64,000 nt of DNA. It comes from Minisyncoccota bacterium (GTDB taxonomy: Bacteria; Patescibacteriota; Minisyncoccia; Phycocordibacterales; UBA9973). Below, piece by piece: positions 47,896-59,242 of this stretch. Position numbers and translations under genes: made by a program. How positions within the stretch are numbered: the stretch's first letter is position 1; each line of letters starts with the position of its first letter. Under the pieces are notes generated by a model that saw only the letters and a program-made list of their open reading frames with translations, did no database searches and was not told the origin of the DNA. Where the stretch lies: the NCBI GenBank assembly GCA_041663005.1, contig JBAZRK010000002.1, forward strand, positions 740 through 64,739. The letters run 5' to 3'.

Positions 47896-48459
47896 TTATT
47901 GATAGAACTCTTTATAAAAATCCGGTTTCATCACTCGAAAGTATTCTTTCAGCTTGGATGGGAGTTTCGTAAGCGAGAAACCGAATTCTTGGGCTAGGGT
48001 CATAATATTAGTGCTCGCTTCTTCTGCTTCGGAAGAGTTCTCCACCATAACCTCAATTTCGCAAACATTGTAGCCGAAACTTGTTTCGTCTACGTCAATA
48101 TTGAATTGTCCTTTTTTATATTTCTTTCGTTTTGTCTCCCAGCTTGCCAAAATGTTCATTTCTCTCGACACTATTTCTGCTAAGTTGCTGTCTTTACCAA
48201 AACCTAATTTCTCTAAGATTCCCGTCTCGTCCTCTATTTCTTCCGCACTGGAAGTGCCACCCTCGAAATCAGGTCGTAAAATTTTTAATTCAAAATTTCC
48301 ATTCCTATTTCTTAAGCGAAAACCTTGCTTGAAAAGCCGGCGGTCCGGATAATCATATAAAAAATCGCTATAAAATTTCTCTCCCACGAATTCTGCTTCC
48401 ACCAAGAGCGCTTGAAGTTGTGTTTCCGTCGGCTGAAACTTTTTTTCCACTTCTATCAT
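47896..48459 (-). CDS. CYTH-domain protein (triphosphate tunnel metalloenzyme)
   Basis: N-terminal IEVEKKF, the EIERKF-like CYTH signature. Confidence 0.65.
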   Translation of the reverse strand: MIEVEKKFQPTETQLQALLVEAEFVGEKFYSDFLYDYPDRRLFKQGFRLRNRNGNFELKILRPDFEGGTSSAEEIEDETGILEKLGFGKDSNLAEIVSREMNILASWETKRKKYKKGQFNIDVDETSFGYNVCEIEVMVENSSEAEEASTNIMTLAQEFGFSLTKLPSKLKEYFRVMKPDFYKEFYQ

Positions 48460-48486
48460 ATAAATTTTTACGAGAAAACTTCCAGA

Positions 48487-49220
48487 TTATTTGCCAATAA
48501 CATATCCACCGTCGAAGAGAAAGTCTTGCCCCGTGGCGTAGCTTGCCTTATCACTTAAGAAGAAGCAGATTGCTTCGGCTATTTCCTTCGGTTCCGCAAT
48601 TCGACCCAGAAGAACGTCTGAGTTTCGTTTGCGAACTTCCTCTCCCCAATCTTTTGCCATATTGGTATTAACTCCGCCGGGAGAAATTGAATTTATATTG
48701 ATACCATCCTTAGCATATTCTTTCGCCAAAGCCGCAGTTAAATTTATTACCGAGGCTTTGGCTACGCCGTAGGGCAATCGTGTGGCAAGTGTGCCTTGGG
48801 CATACCCCCTGATAGAGCTTACGTTCACAATGCGACCATACTTGCGAGACTGCATTTGAGGAATAACCGCCTGACACATATGCACTACGCCTAAAACATT
48901 GGTTCGAAATGAAGCTAGCCAATCTTCGTCGTTGGTCTCGAGAAAATCTTTCGTCTCACGCATACCGGCAACATTTGCCAAGCAATCTATATGTATTCCT
49001 TTTTGGGTAAGCTTCTTAATCTCTGTCATCACCGCCTCTCTGTCTCCCACATCGCAAATAACTTTTTCAGCTTGTAGCTCCACTGCTAAATTTTCAAGTT
49101 CTGGGGAGTCTATTTCGGAGTGGACTATAACCTTGGCACCGTATTCCTTGGCGAGTTTTGCGGTAGCCGCACCTATCCCCCGTGACGAGCCGGTTATGAA
49201 AATGGTTTTCCCTTTTAGCA
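48487..49220 (-). CDS. SDR-family oxidoreductase
   Basis: TGSSRGIG Rossmann motif. Start taken at MLKGK (49220), not the track start (49308), to avoid an 82-nt overlap with glyA. Confidence 0.8.
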
Positions 49221-49225
49221 TAAAT

Positions 49226-50470
49226 TTATATGTGCTTCTTTGGTATCGGAAACTTCTTTGCCAGTTTTTTAATTTCTTTGTGAACAGCTTCTTTAACTTT
49301 CTTATCATCCTTATTCTTTAAGACCTTTAACATAAGCTCGGCCACAAGTTTACAGTCTTTTTCTTTAAAGCCGCGCGTAGTTATGGCCGGCGTACCGAAA
49401 CGAATACCAGAAGGGTCCAGTGGTTTCCTGGTGTCCCCGGCAATAGAATTCATATTGAGCGTTATTCCCACTTCGTCAAGTACCGTTTGCGCTTCCTTGC
49501 CAGTAACTCCGAGCGAGCTATAGACATCAGCAAGAATTAGGTGGTTATCCGTACCCCCGCCAATCATTCGAATTTTATTTTTGTGAAAAACTGCTTCCAT
49601 TGCTTTCGCATTTTTTAAAATCTGCTTGGCGTACCTCTTGTATTGCGGAGTCATAGCTTCACCGAAGGCTACAGCTTTCGCGGCAATGGTATGCATATGG
49701 GGGCCCCCCTGAATACCAGGGAAAATAGCTTTATCAATCTTCTTGGCAATCTCTTCGCTCTCACGGGTTAAAATTATGCCACCACGAGGACCGCGGAGGG
49801 TTTTGTGCGTTGTGGACGTAATGATATCGAAACCATCATCAAACGGATTTCTTAGAACCCCAGCAGCGATTAACCCGGCAATGTGCGCCATGTCAGCCAT
49901 GGTGATAGCACCTACTTCCTTAGCAACTTCTACAAATTTTTTGTAATCAAGAGTGCGGGAGTAAGCAGAAAATCCAGCTAGAATTATTTTCGGTTTATGC
50001 TCTATGGCCAAACGTCGAAGTTCGCCATAATCAATTTCGCCAGTATCGGGATCTTTCATTTTGTAATTCACGAATTTGTAAATCTTAGCCGGGAGTGTTA
50101 GCGGGTGTCCGTGGGTCAAGTGCCCGCCGTGAGAAAGGTCCATTCCAAGCACTGTGTCACCGGGTTCTAGGAGTGCTGCGTAAACAGCGAGGTTGGCCGG
50201 AGCACCGGAATGCGACTGCACGTTTGCATATTTGCATTTAAATAGTTTACAGATTCTTTCTATCGCCAGCCTCTCCACGGCATCGGTAAAATCCTGCCCT
50301 CCGTAATATCGCCTGCCAGGATATCCTTCCGAGTATTTATTGGTAAAAACCGAACCGTTAGCTTTTAAAACATCTTCGGAAACATAGTTTTCGGAAGGTA
50401 TAAGTTCGAGGCCCTCCCTTTGCCTCTTTTCCTCCGCTTTTATTAATTTTTCTATTAGTTTATCTTTCAT
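49226..50470 (-). CDS. glyA: Serine hydroxymethyltransferase
   Basis: LELIPSENYVS..., SHSGAPAN, and the PLP-binding region HKTLRGPRGG. Confidence 0.95.
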   Translation of the reverse strand: MKDKLIEKLIKAEEKRQREGLELIPSENYVSEDVLKANGSVFTNKYSEGYPGRRYYGGQDFTDAVERLAIERICKLFKCKYANVQSHSGAPANLAVYAALLEPGDTVLGMDLSHGGHLTHGHPLTLPAKIYKFVNYKMKDPDTGEIDYGELRRLAIEHKPKIILAGFSAYSRTLDYKKFVEVAKEVGAITMADMAHIAGLIAAGVLRNPFDDGFDIITSTTHKTLRGPRGGIILTRESEEIAKKIDKAIFPGIQGGPHMHTIAAKAVAFGEAMTPQYKRYAKQILKNAKAMEAVFHKNKIRMIGGGTDNHLILADVYSSLGVTGKEAQTVLDEVGITLNMNSIAGDTRKPLDPSGIRFGTPAITTRGFKEKDCKLVAELMLKVLKNKDDKKVKEAVHKEIKKLAKKFPIPKKHI

Positions 50471-51329
50471 ACTGCCATCTTAACATAGACCCATCGGATT
50501 TAACAATGATAGTTCCCCGCTGGTCGGTTCGTAGTATTTTTACTCTTGCGGACTCGAGGGTTTTAAGGACCTCCTGATGTGGATGCCCGTATGTATTGCC
50601 TTTTCCACTAGAAATGAGGGCATAGACAGGGCCTACCGCCTTCACAAAAGGATATGAAGTGGAAGACCGCGACCCGTGGTGGCCCACTTTTAAAATAGTA
50701 CTGCGGATCTCGGAAGCTTGCGTGTCGGCGAGAATTATTTTTTCAGTTTTCGAAGTCGCATCCCCGGTAAGCATTATGGATGTCTCCCCATAAGAGAGCC
50801 GCGCCACGACAGACCCATCGTTCGTCGACCAAGAAGATACATCTTGATCAGGAAATAATATATCGATAACTGCTCCGCCGCCCAAGTTGATCCGCATCCC
50901 CTTTCGGACAAGAATGTCTGGGATTTTTTTATTTTGAATTTCGCTTTTCAGATTCCTAAAAGTTTTAGAACTATTTTGTGTCCCCGACTCGAAAACAAAA
51001 TTCACATCGTAATTTTTCAAAATATCCATCCCGCCACCTATGTGGTCCGCGTCAGGGTTCGTGATGACCAGGGCGTCGATAGTACGGTCAAATGGTGACA
51101 TCACCCTTGAAAGCGGAGCGAGGACCTTCCGCGCTGGTCCCATATCGAACATTATCTGAGCACCGGATGGAGCTTCGATAAACAACGCGTCGCCTTGACC
51201 TACATCGAGCACAGCGAAGGTAAGCAAATTCTCTGAATGTTTGATGTCCAGACGAACCAGGAAAATATCTACACTAAGCAGGAGAATTAAAACACACAGT
51301 AGCGCATAAAGTTTAGAATTTTTTTTCAT
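50460..51329 (-). CDS. Metallo-beta-lactamase-fold protein (ComEC C-terminal-domain-like), encoded separately
   Basis: DVGQGDA...ITNPDADHIGG MBL motifs. Own N-terminal TM segment. Overlaps the upstream comEC gene by 17 nt. Confidence 0.75.
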   Translation of the reverse strand: MKKNSKLYALLCVLILLLSVDIFLVRLDIKHSENLLTFAVLDVGQGDALFIEAPSGAQIMFDMGPARKVLAPLSRVMSPFDRTIDALVITNPDADHIGGGMDILKNYDVNFVFESGTQNSSKTFRNLKSEIQNKKIPDILVRKGMRINLGGGAVIDILFPDQDVSSWSTNDGSVVARLSYGETSIMLTGDATSKTEKIILADTQASEIRSTILKVGHHGSRSSTSYPFVKAVGPVYALISSGKGNTYGHPHQEVLKTLESARVKILRTDQRGTIIVKSDGSMLRWQYER

Positions 51330-52809
51330 ATGGTCTTGCCTGCATAGCGAAAAGGTTTTTTAAGCTGCGACCAAAAAGATGATAAATGAAGGCTGCGTAT
51401 ATAACTATCGTTAGGGCTAAGGGGAAATATGGAATAGCCATTGAGGCGAACGGTAAGCTTGCGAGAAAACGAATAACAGCAAGCTCGTAGTGGAGCAACA
51501 TATAAGCGATGAATCCAGGTGGCACGGAGAGCCCGTACCAAATGAGGCCCGCTGCTCCGCTCACAAATCCGACGCCCATTGTAAAAGGAATAAACGGAAG
51601 AACTAAAACATTCGCTGGCAGGGCCACAAGAGAAAAGTTACCCATTTTGTATAAAATAAACGGGAAAACAAAAACATAAGCGGCAGTGGTTACGGAAATT
51701 ATATCCCGCAAGCCAAACTTTTGCGGTACCCACATGAAGTACTTTTCAACTCTCGGGGCGAAGAAAATAACAGCAATCGTGGCTAAAAAGGAAAGTTGGA
51801 AAGAAACGTCGTAGACCAAGAGGAACGGGTTTATTAGAATCATAGCAAGTCCTGCAAGGGCGAGAGCTCGGGCTACATCGTAGTCCCGGCCGGTCGCTCG
51901 AGCGACAAGCGCCAGAGACGCCATCAATCCCGCCCGTACCGCGGTAGAATTCGCTCCGGTCATTAAAACAAAAAGGAAAATAACAAAAATCCCCGCGCCG
52001 AAGGCAAAACTTCTCGGTAAAAATACCAAAAATTTCATAAACCATTCTGAGACTATTGTGACGTTGTAGCCGGAAAGCGCGACGATGTGAATGGTCCCCG
52101 TATCAACAAAGTCCTGACGCAATTCTTCGCTAAATGCAGCTCGCTCCCCTAAAATAAGCCCGCCCATAAGCAGGCTCTCAGGCGAGGAGATTGCAAAATT
52201 TATTTTTTCTAGAAATTTTTCTTTCACCAAAAATAATGCGTGCTTCACGGAGTTGCCATTACCGCGAGATAAAATTTCTACTTCCGGGTAAATCATAACG
52301 TACAATATGCCCTCCTTCCTGAGATAATTAACATAATCGAACATTTTACCCTGGTCGGTGATAAAGTTCTCCGGTTTCTTCAAAATCCCAATAAACTTAA
52401 TCCTGTCACCATACTTATAGGTCTCGTCGAAGCCCACAGAAAGTAGTATTTTAGTTTCCGCTTGTGCGCTTCGTACTTCAACCACAAGTTTCTGATTGTT
52501 ACTCGAAAGAGTGGGTTCATCAACAATATCCCCAGTTATTGCTACCCTACTGCCTACCTCCGATTCAAAGACGGACGGAGGAGGCTGGTCGGCAACATCA
52601 AATCTCAAAATTCCCAGTGAAAATGAAAAAATTAAGATTGCAAAAAGTATGCCAGAGACTTTGCCTGAGGTGAGGATAAATAATAGAAAAATCGCAAACG
52701 AAACCAGGGCGCCCACAGCCGCGAAATAAAAATTAACAAAAATAAAAGAGCGCAAAAACACTCCCATCAAAAATCCCAAACAAATTGAATAAAAAAATTT
52801 ATCCTGCAT
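51313..52809 (-). CDS. comEC: ComEC/Rec2 competence DNA-uptake channel (DUF4131 plus competence domains)
   Basis: HIVALSGYNV, resembling the ComEC HxxAISGLH motif. Polytopic membrane protein with an OB-fold DUF4131 N-terminus. Confidence 0.8.
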   Translation of the reverse strand: MQDKFFYSICLGFLMGVFLRSFIFVNFYFAAVGALVSFAIFLLFILTSGKVSGILFAILIFSFSLGILRFDVADQPPPSVFESEVGSRVAITGDIVDEPTLSSNNQKLVVEVRSAQAETKILLSVGFDETYKYGDRIKFIGILKKPENFITDQGKMFDYVNYLRKEGILYVMIYPEVEILSRGNGNSVKHALFLVKEKFLEKINFAISSPESLLMGGLILGERAAFSEELRQDFVDTGTIHIVALSGYNVTIVSEWFMKFLVFLPRSFAFGAGIFVIFLFVLMTGANSTAVRAGLMASLALVARATGRDYDVARALALAGLAMILINPFLLVYDVSFQLSFLATIAVIFFAPRVEKYFMWVPQKFGLRDIISVTTAAYVFVFPFILYKMGNFSLVALPANVLVLPFIPFTMGVGFVSGAAGLIWYGLSVPPGFIAYMLLHYELAVIRFLASLPFASMAIPYFPLALTIVIYAAFIYHLFGRSLKNLFAMQARPYEKKF

Positions 52810-52819
52810 TCAAAATGCA

Positions 52820-53308
52820 TTATTTTTTTAACTCTACCGGCTCGTTGTCCGCAAAAGTGGTCGCAATTTCATCTACCCGATCGTTCCATTTGTGCCCGCT
52901 GTGACCAGCTACATAATGCCACTTAAGTTTAAATTCTTGCGTGAGCTCAAATAATTCTTCCCAAAGTTCTCGGTTCATCACCGGTTTTTTGGTCGCATTG
53001 CGCCAATTATTTTTCTGCCAATTGAAAACCCATTCGGTAATGCCTAAGATTACATATTTAGAATCCGCGTAAATTTCTACGAGCGAATCACTAGTGGCTT
53101 CCCTAGTGATATCCTTAGTGATTTTTTGCAAATGCCTTAGCGCCTCTATCGCCGCAGTAAGCTCCATTTGATTATTGGTGGCGTGATCGCTGCGCCCCCC
53201 AAGCTCAAAAAATACTTTGTTTTCTCGGAGGAAAACCACTCCCCACCCTGCAGGCCCGGGGTTCCCTCTTGCGGCACCGTCGGTATAAATTTTAATCGTC
53301 TCTGTCAT
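52820..53308 (-). CDS. rnhA: Ribonuclease HI
   Basis: IYTDGAARGNPGPAGWG...ELTAAIEAL...HSGHKWNDRVDEIA (the DEDD residues). Confidence 0.9.
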   Translation of the reverse strand: MTETIKIYTDGAARGNPGPAGWGVVFLRENKVFFELGGRSDHATNNQMELTAAIEALRHLQKITKDITREATSDSLVEIYADSKYVILGITEWVFNWQKNNWRNATKKPVMNRELWEELFELTQEFKLKWHYVAGHSGHKWNDRVDEIATTFADNEPVELKK

Positions 53309-53310
53309 AG

Positions 53311-54996
53311 CTATAGTATATCAGTAATTCTTAATCGTAACTCTTCCCGCCCACGAAAACGCGACAGGTCGAAAGTAGCCAGTAACTTTACCGCCTTGCC
53401 TTCCTCGAGCGGCACAGAAAAAGAATCGTGCCCAGAGAAAAAGGCGATTGCGGGAACTTTCTTAGAGCTCGAGTCGGAAAAAGTAATTTCTAAATGCTCG
53501 CCTGAACCGTTCTTGCCAAATTTTTTGATAGCTTCAATTTTCGCACCCTGAAATAGAAACGCAGGTTTGTGGTTACCGAGTCCGAATGGTGACATCTTTT
53601 CAATCTCGCGCCAATTTTTCATATTCACCACACTTAAATCGGTATTTAAATCATGATCTTTATTCCCACTTTCTTTATTCCGCTTAACTTTCAAATATGA
53701 TTCCGAGAGTGTCTTCTCTAGAAAATGAATCTTGCCGCTTTCGACAGTAAAGCCGCCAGCAAGTTCGTGTCCACCGAATTCCACAAATGATTCGCGCGCC
53801 ACGGTCATAAGCTCCACCACCGACACCGAACCGTCACTACGACAAGAACCTTTAATGCAGTCGTTCTCATCCTTACCCCAGACGAAAACCGGACGCATAT
53901 GTTCATCACATATTTTCCCCGCTACAAGACCTAGGACCCCCACTCGCCATTCTGGATTTCCAATTACGATAACCTCACCCATCTCTTCCTTTTTTTCAAA
54001 TTTTTTATGCACCTCGCGCATTATACCCGTGACAATACTTTTCCTTTCGTCATTTATTTTGGACAGGTGGTCCGCCAGTACTCCAGCTTGCACGGCGTCT
54101 TCCGTAGACAGGAGCTCGTAGGCACGCATAGGGTTGTCCATTCGCGACGCTGCATTAAGACGCGGAGTGAGCATAAATCCAACATCGTCTTCGGTTAAAT
54201 GTCGTTGGTCAATTTTCATTTTTGAAAGAAGTTTTTGGAGCCCGGCCCGCGGAGACTTTTTTAAAACTTTCATTCCGAAGTAGGCTATCGCCCTATTTTC
54301 CCCCGTGAGCGGAACCATATCAGAAAGCGTAGCAAGGCCTGCCATGTCAAGCATCCATTTTTCGGCCCCATTTTTTATCTTGTAGTACTCGCCATACTTT
54401 TTTATAAAGCCTTGCACAAACTTAAACATTACCCCGGCGCCACAGAGCATCTTCTCCGGATAATCATCCACTTTGGGATTTAAAATTGCATAAGCTTTCG
54501 GTAGAACAAAAGAGGCGAATCCGCCCTGACTCGCGTCAACGCGAGGCAGGTGGTGATCTGTGATAATCACATCAATGCCATCTATTTCTGCTTGGGCTAC
54601 TTCTTCTACTGCTGTAATACCTAAATCGATAGTTATCAAAAGTTTAACTTGGGATTTGGCAAAACTTTCAATAGCTTCCAAGTTAAGACCGTACCCTTCC
54701 GAATTGCGCATCGGAATATAGATTTCATAATTTTTATAGTCTAAAAGTTTAAATAAATCACTCAAAATAACCGCTCCAGGGATGCCATCGCAGTCGTAGT
54801 CCGCATAAATAATTATCTTTTCCTTATTTTCAATTGCTTCAAAAAGCCTGACGCACGCTCGCTCCATATCTCGCATAAGAAACGGGTCGTGAAAGTCCCG
54901 CTCATAGTCGGGGTTTAGAAAAATTTCCGCCTGCTTTTCGTCCCCTATCCCCCTTTTAATCAAAAGCTCCCGCAAGAGCTCGCCATAATGTTCCAT
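53311..54996 (-). CDS. recJ: Single-stranded-DNA-specific exonuclease RecJ
   Basis: DHH motifs: YADYDCDG, ITIDLGI, ITDHH. DHHA1 region. Start trimmed to MEHYGE to avoid overlapping the divergent HIT gene. Confidence 0.88.
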   Translation of the reverse strand: MEHYGELLRELLIKRGIGDEKQAEIFLNPDYERDFHDPFLMRDMERACVRLFEAIENKEKIIIYADYDCDGIPGAVILSDLFKLLDYKNYEIYIPMRNSEGYGLNLEAIESFAKSQVKLLITIDLGITAVEEVAQAEIDGIDVIITDHHLPRVDASQGGFASFVLPKAYAILNPKVDDYPEKMLCGAGVMFKFVQGFIKKYGEYYKIKNGAEKWMLDMAGLATLSDMVPLTGENRAIAYFGMKVLKKSPRAGLQKLLSKMKIDQRHLTEDDVGFMLTPRLNAASRMDNPMRAYELLSTEDAVQAGVLADHLSKINDERKSIVTGIMREVHKKFEKKEEMGEVIVIGNPEWRVGVLGLVAGKICDEHMRPVFVWGKDENDCIKGSCRSDGSVSVVELMTVARESFVEFGGHELAGGFTVESGKIHFLEKTLSESYLKVKRNKESGNKDHDLNTDLSVVNMKNWREIEKMSPFGLGNHKPAFLFQGAKIEAIKKFGKNGSGEHLEITFSDSSSKKVPAIAFFSGHDSFSVPLEEGKAVKLLATFDLSRFRGREELRLRITDIL

Positions 54997-55013
54997 TGTG
55001 GTAAAATTATAGC

Positions 55014-55376
55014 ATGGAACAAGAATGCATTTTTTGTAAGATTGTAAAAGGAGAAATCCCGGCAACCAAGGTCTATGAAGATACGAATTTTATCGCTTTT
55101 CTCGATATCCGCCCTATGGGTCCAGGACACACACAAGTAATACCGAAAAGTCATTACCGGTGGGTTTGGGAAGTACCTAACGTTGGCGAGTACTTCGAAG
55201 TTGTTAGAAAAATAGCGTTAGCACAAAAGAAAGCATTCAATGCTGATATTGTACGCTCACAAGTTTATGGAGAAGAAATTGCTCACGCTCATGTCTGGGT
55301 TTGGCCAGAAGCCATAGGCGATGAAAAAGATATAAAGGGAAACGCAGAGAAAATAATTACTTCCCTTTCTCAATAA
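55014..55376 (+). CDS. HIT-family protein
   Basis: CIFCKIV...HAHVWVWP, the histidine triad H.H.H.. Confidence 0.85.
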   Translation: MEQECIFCKIVKGEIPATKVYEDTNFIAFLDIRPMGPGHTQVIPKSHYRWVWEVPNVGEYFEVVRKIALAQKKAFNADIVRSQVYGEEIAHAHVWVWPEAIGDEKDIKGNAEKIITSLSQ

Positions 55377-56574
55377 GTGGCAAAAGTGCAGGAAGCTCTT
55401 TACCCGCTAAGAAATCGAGAGTTGCTCCTCCGGCAAGAGAAATATGTGAAAAGTCTTTTAAGCTGCCGTACCGTTGCACCATATCTATCGAATCGCCGCC
55501 CGCAACAATTGTCTGCCCTTTAACTTGCTTCATAGCTAAGATTATTTCTTCCGAACCTTTGGCAAATTTTTCATCTTCAAATTTACCCATCGGACCTGCC
55601 AGAAAAACAGTTCCGGAACTTTTGATTATTTCTTCGAAATATTTCACCGTCTCGGGTCCAATATCTAGCGCCGAAAAATCATCCGGCATTTTCTCGGAAG
55701 AAAAGTTTAAGTTTCGGACTTCGGCGCCATTCGAAATAACAGCGTCTTTAGGGCAAACAATTTTCTCTTTATATTTTTCCAAAATTTCTTTCGCATATTC
55801 TACCCAGTCCCTTTTCTCGCGGCGCTTCGAGTCCACGAACACATCCTCGATGAAGGATTGTCCTAAGCTCCTACCTTGGGCTTTTAAGAAAACATTCGCC
55901 ACTGCTCCCCCAACTAAAACCTTATCCGCCATTTTTAATAAATTATTTACTGCATCTACTTTGTCCGATATTTTCGCCCCACCTATTATTACCGTGAACG
56001 GACGTACGGGATTTTCCAATAAATTCGAGAGCATACTCACCTCCTCTTCGAGGTATAACCCTGCCACTGCGGGAAGATGCCTCTCTATGCCAGTTGTAGA
56101 AGAGTGTATGCGCATCGCCTGCGGAAAACCATCGAAAACTATGACGTCCTTACCCTTGCATAATTTCTTAGCAAATTCGTCATCATCTTCGTTTTCTTCT
56201 TTATAAAATCTTACATTTTCAAGCATTAAAATCTCTCCTTCTTTCATTGCGGAAATTTTCTTCTCAACTTCTTCGCCAATACAATCATCTACCTTGAGTA
56301 CGGGCTGCCCCAATAGCTCGGCGAGCTTGTTTGCATGGGGAGTGGTACGCAATTTCTCTACGACTTGTCCATCCGGGCGCTTCACATAAGTTAAAATTAC
56401 AATTTTACATTTTTGTTCTACTAAATATCGGAGTGTCGGCAATGTGCCTCGTATTCTCAAATCGTCTTTCACCACTAAAACGCCATCCTTTTCCTCGACG
56501 CCTATATCATAGGGTGCTCTATAAAGAATTGTTTTCCCTTTTATATCGACATCTTTTAGTGTTCGAAGTTTCAT
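55357..56574 (-). CDS. pgk: Phosphoglycerate kinase
   Basis: N-terminal ...RGTLPTL..., hinge region, and C-terminal GGGA... motifs. Confidence 0.95.
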   Translation of the reverse strand: MKLRTLKDVDIKGKTILYRAPYDIGVEEKDGVLVVKDDLRIRGTLPTLRYLVEQKCKIVILTYVKRPDGQVVEKLRTTPHANKLAELLGQPVLKVDDCIGEEVEKKISAMKEGEILMLENVRFYKEENEDDDEFAKKLCKGKDVIVFDGFPQAMRIHSSTTGIERHLPAVAGLYLEEEVSMLSNLLENPVRPFTVIIGGAKISDKVDAVNNLLKMADKVLVGGAVANVFLKAQGRSLGQSFIEDVFVDSKRREKRDWVEYAKEILEKYKEKIVCPKDAVISNGAEVRNLNFSSEKMPDDFSALDIGPETVKYFEEIIKSSGTVFLAGPMGKFEDEKFAKGSEEIILAMKQVKGQTIVAGGDSIDMVQRYGSLKDFSHISLAGGATLDFLAGKELPALLPLIEKGK

Positions 56575-57332
56575 CGGATTCTTTCTGCGATTTTTATAAT
56601 GTTAACGAATTTCTCCGCCGTTAGACTTGCCCTACCGATTAAAAATCCATCCACTCCTCCGTGGAGGAGGAATTCTTCCGCATCGCGATCATTTACAGAG
56701 CCTCCATACAGTATTTTAACTTGCGCCGCATCTTTTCCGAATTTGTCAGTTAACACTTTCTTGATGAAAATAGACATTTCATTAGAATCTGCCGGAGTTG
56801 CGTCCTTGCGACCCGGAGTGCTCGATATCGCCCACACCGGTTCGTACGCTACAATTAATTTTCCGATTGAATTTTTAGAAACACCTTGTAGGCTCCCCTC
56901 TAGTGCTTCTTTAACAATATTGAAATACCCGTGCTCCTCATCGCGGATATTTTCTCCGACACACAGAATAGGCCGGAGGCCTGCCGACAGTGCGCTTTTT
57001 ACTTTTTTGTTAACATTTTCGTTGGTTTCACCCCGGGCGCGTCTCTCAGAATGGCCGAGAATCACGTAGCGTACGCCTAAGCCGTAAAGCATTTCGCTCG
57101 AAACTTCTCCGGTAAACGCTCCAATGTCACCCGGGAACGCATTCTGCGCCCCTAAGGATATTTTTCTAGATAATTTTTTAAGCCTTTCAAGATATATAAA
57201 TGGCGGACAAATAATAACGTCTGTTTTTTTGGTGCCGGTAATATTCTTCATCACTCCACTCCAAAGTTTTTCTGCATCCTTCAGAGTGAGCGGATTCATT
57301 TTCCAATTGGCAATTATTATTTTTTTAGACAT
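56571..57332 (-). CDS. tpiA: Triosephosphate isomerase
   Basis: IIANWKMN, ILGHSERR, and GGS... Confidence 0.93.
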   Translation of the reverse strand: MSKKIIIANWKMNPLTLKDAEKLWSGVMKNITGTKKTDVIICPPFIYLERLKKLSRKISLGAQNAFPGDIGAFTGEVSSEMLYGLGVRYVILGHSERRARGETNENVNKKVKSALSAGLRPILCVGENIRDEEHGYFNIVKEALEGSLQGVSKNSIGKLIVAYEPVWAISSTPGRKDATPADSNEMSIFIKKVLTDKFGKDAAQVKILYGGSVNDRDAEEFLLHGGVDGFLIGRASLTAEKFVNIIKIAERIR

Positions 57333-57406
57333 AAAAGAATTGTACCCCGTAGTGAAATTTTTTCAAAATTCTACTCCAGGGTTGTATCATATTTAGATTG
57401 GCGGTC

Positions 57407-59239
57407 TTATTGGCCTTCTCCCCAGCTGTCTACAACCCAGGCCCCCGAGGGGCCATTTTGAAAACTGGGACTTGCTAGCCCTTGATCATATGTAACCTCG
57501 GAGCCGCCGGTAATCCTAATGGTCTCGCCCACCGCAGCGTTAATGTGGATGCCCCCCAGCAGAGAAACCATTCCGGACTGGGCATTAACTGCAATAGTTC
57601 CAGAACCACCAGACACAATTATGGCAGCTCTATTGTCGTTGCTGTCTATTATCGGACAGCTAGCATAATCTGGGCATTCACTTGTTGAAACAACAAAGAG
57701 ATAGCTACCCGGTGCTCCTGAACCCGAGTAACTACCCCCGCCCAAGAGGACCTGTTTGTCGGAAATGAGCGTTGCGCTATTTTGAGAAAAGTTAGCTGGT
57801 AGTCTTATCTCTCCCCCACCAGTCACTGTAATTGTTCCTTGCACCCAAACAGTCCCAGTAAGAGTAAGTGTTCCACCCCCATCTACTAAAAGATTCCCGG
57901 TAATTTGACCGGGACCAAAAGTTCCGTCTGCCCAGTCCACGTGACAATCGCCGTTTGCATAACCACCATGGCATTTCGTAGCGCCGGTAATTATCCCCCC
58001 GGCAGCACCTTCGTCTTTCCAAGACTGAATATTCGCATCCGAATATGGTAGAGGCACTGGTGGAGGCGCACCCCTAGAAGTATCGCAGGTTTTATTGTTG
58101 AAATATCCAACCTGGCAATACAGTTGTCCAGCTACGCTGGCACCTTTTACTACGGTCGCCCAAGCATCACCAACACCTGAGTCTCCTATCTGCACCCCAC
58201 CCACGTAAGTCGCTCCTCCGATAAGAGAAGTTACTCCTTGCATTGTATACAGTCTGAAATATCCATCTAGGTTTGTTGCGGTCCAAGCTCCGGAATATTT
58301 ACCTACTTTTGCAGCTCCAGCGGAGTAGGTGTTGTTCGCACCAATTATGTAATAGTTGCTGGCGTTTTGAGTATTATTATCAATTATAATCCAATAGGTG
58401 GTGCCGGGTGTCAGAGAGGGTTGGGTCGGCAATATAACATCTAGCCAGCCGTAGTTCGAGGTGACTTGCCCGCCGCTTAATGACACCGTTCCAATGTTGA
58501 CTGGAGTGGTGCTAGGTGAGCCGCTATTGTTAGTCACCAAACGAACCGTCGCGTCTGACGGAGAACCTACTTTCTTTATGTAAAATTGTATTTTATAGAT
58601 AGGTGAACTTGAGGAGACTTGAAAACTTTGCGCAAAATCCTGCGAGGCGCTAAGGTTACGGAAATTTATCGAACTTGAAGGTGGTATGGGCGTTTCATTC
58701 CCCTGATCGAGGACTAAAGTAGCGTTACTTGCAGCCACGGCGGTACCGGTAATATCCACTCCTCCTGTAGCATTAATATTGCCGTTAGAATATATGTTGC
58801 CATTTACCTGAGATCCGCCATCCATAATTACGCCCCCGGTTCCAGACTGCAGTCCGTAGTTGAAGGCTACTCCGGCTCCTGTGGTTAAAGAAAGGTTAAT
58901 TTTGCGCTGGTAGTTTAAAACATCGCCCACGGTACTTATACTTTTTATATTCCCCCCGGTTGTGGCTATCTCAGTGGTTGCGGTGTTGGCTCCGAGAGTT
59001 AATACTTCACTACTTCCGATAGTTTTTCCTTTAATAATCCTAAACATTGCATCTTCAATTCCTGATTCCGCCAAGAAATACGATTGCTTGGAATCAAGAT
59101 TCACCCGAGCATTTTTAAATTCGCGGATAGTCGGAGAAACTAAACCAGTAATTATTGCCAGGATGATGAATAGGAAAAATACAACGACAATCAACATCGC
59201 AGCGCCTCCATTTTTCTTTTGTCTGAAATCTTTTTTCAT
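57407..59239 (-). CDS. PilX-like large minor-pilin/pilus-associated protein (Gly-rich beta body)
   Basis: N-terminus GGAAMLIVVVFFLFIILAIITGLV...YFLAESGIEDAMFRI matches the PilX_N pattern. 610 aa. Confidence 0.55.
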   Translation of the reverse strand: MKKDFRQKKNGGAAMLIVVVFFLFIILAIITGLVSPTIREFKNARVNLDSKQSYFLAESGIEDAMFRIIKGKTIGSSEVLTLGANTATTEIATTGGNIKSISTVGDVLNYQRKINLSLTTGAGVAFNYGLQSGTGGVIMDGGSQVNGNIYSNGNINATGGVDITGTAVAASNATLVLDQGNETPIPPSSSINFRNLSASQDFAQSFQVSSSSPIYKIQFYIKKVGSPSDATVRLVTNNSGSPSTTPVNIGTVSLSGGQVTSNYGWLDVILPTQPSLTPGTTYWIIIDNNTQNASNYYIIGANNTYSAGAAKVGKYSGAWTATNLDGYFRLYTMQGVTSLIGGATYVGGVQIGDSGVGDAWATVVKGASVAGQLYCQVGYFNNKTCDTSRGAPPPVPLPYSDANIQSWKDEGAAGGIITGATKCHGGYANGDCHVDWADGTFGPGQITGNLLVDGGGTLTLTGTVWVQGTITVTGGGEIRLPANFSQNSATLISDKQVLLGGGSYSGSGAPGSYLFVVSTSECPDYASCPIIDSNDNRAAIIVSGGSGTIAVNAQSGMVSLLGGIHINAAVGETIRITGGSEVTYDQGLASPSFQNGPSGAWVVDSWGEGQ

Positions 59240-59242
59240 ATT

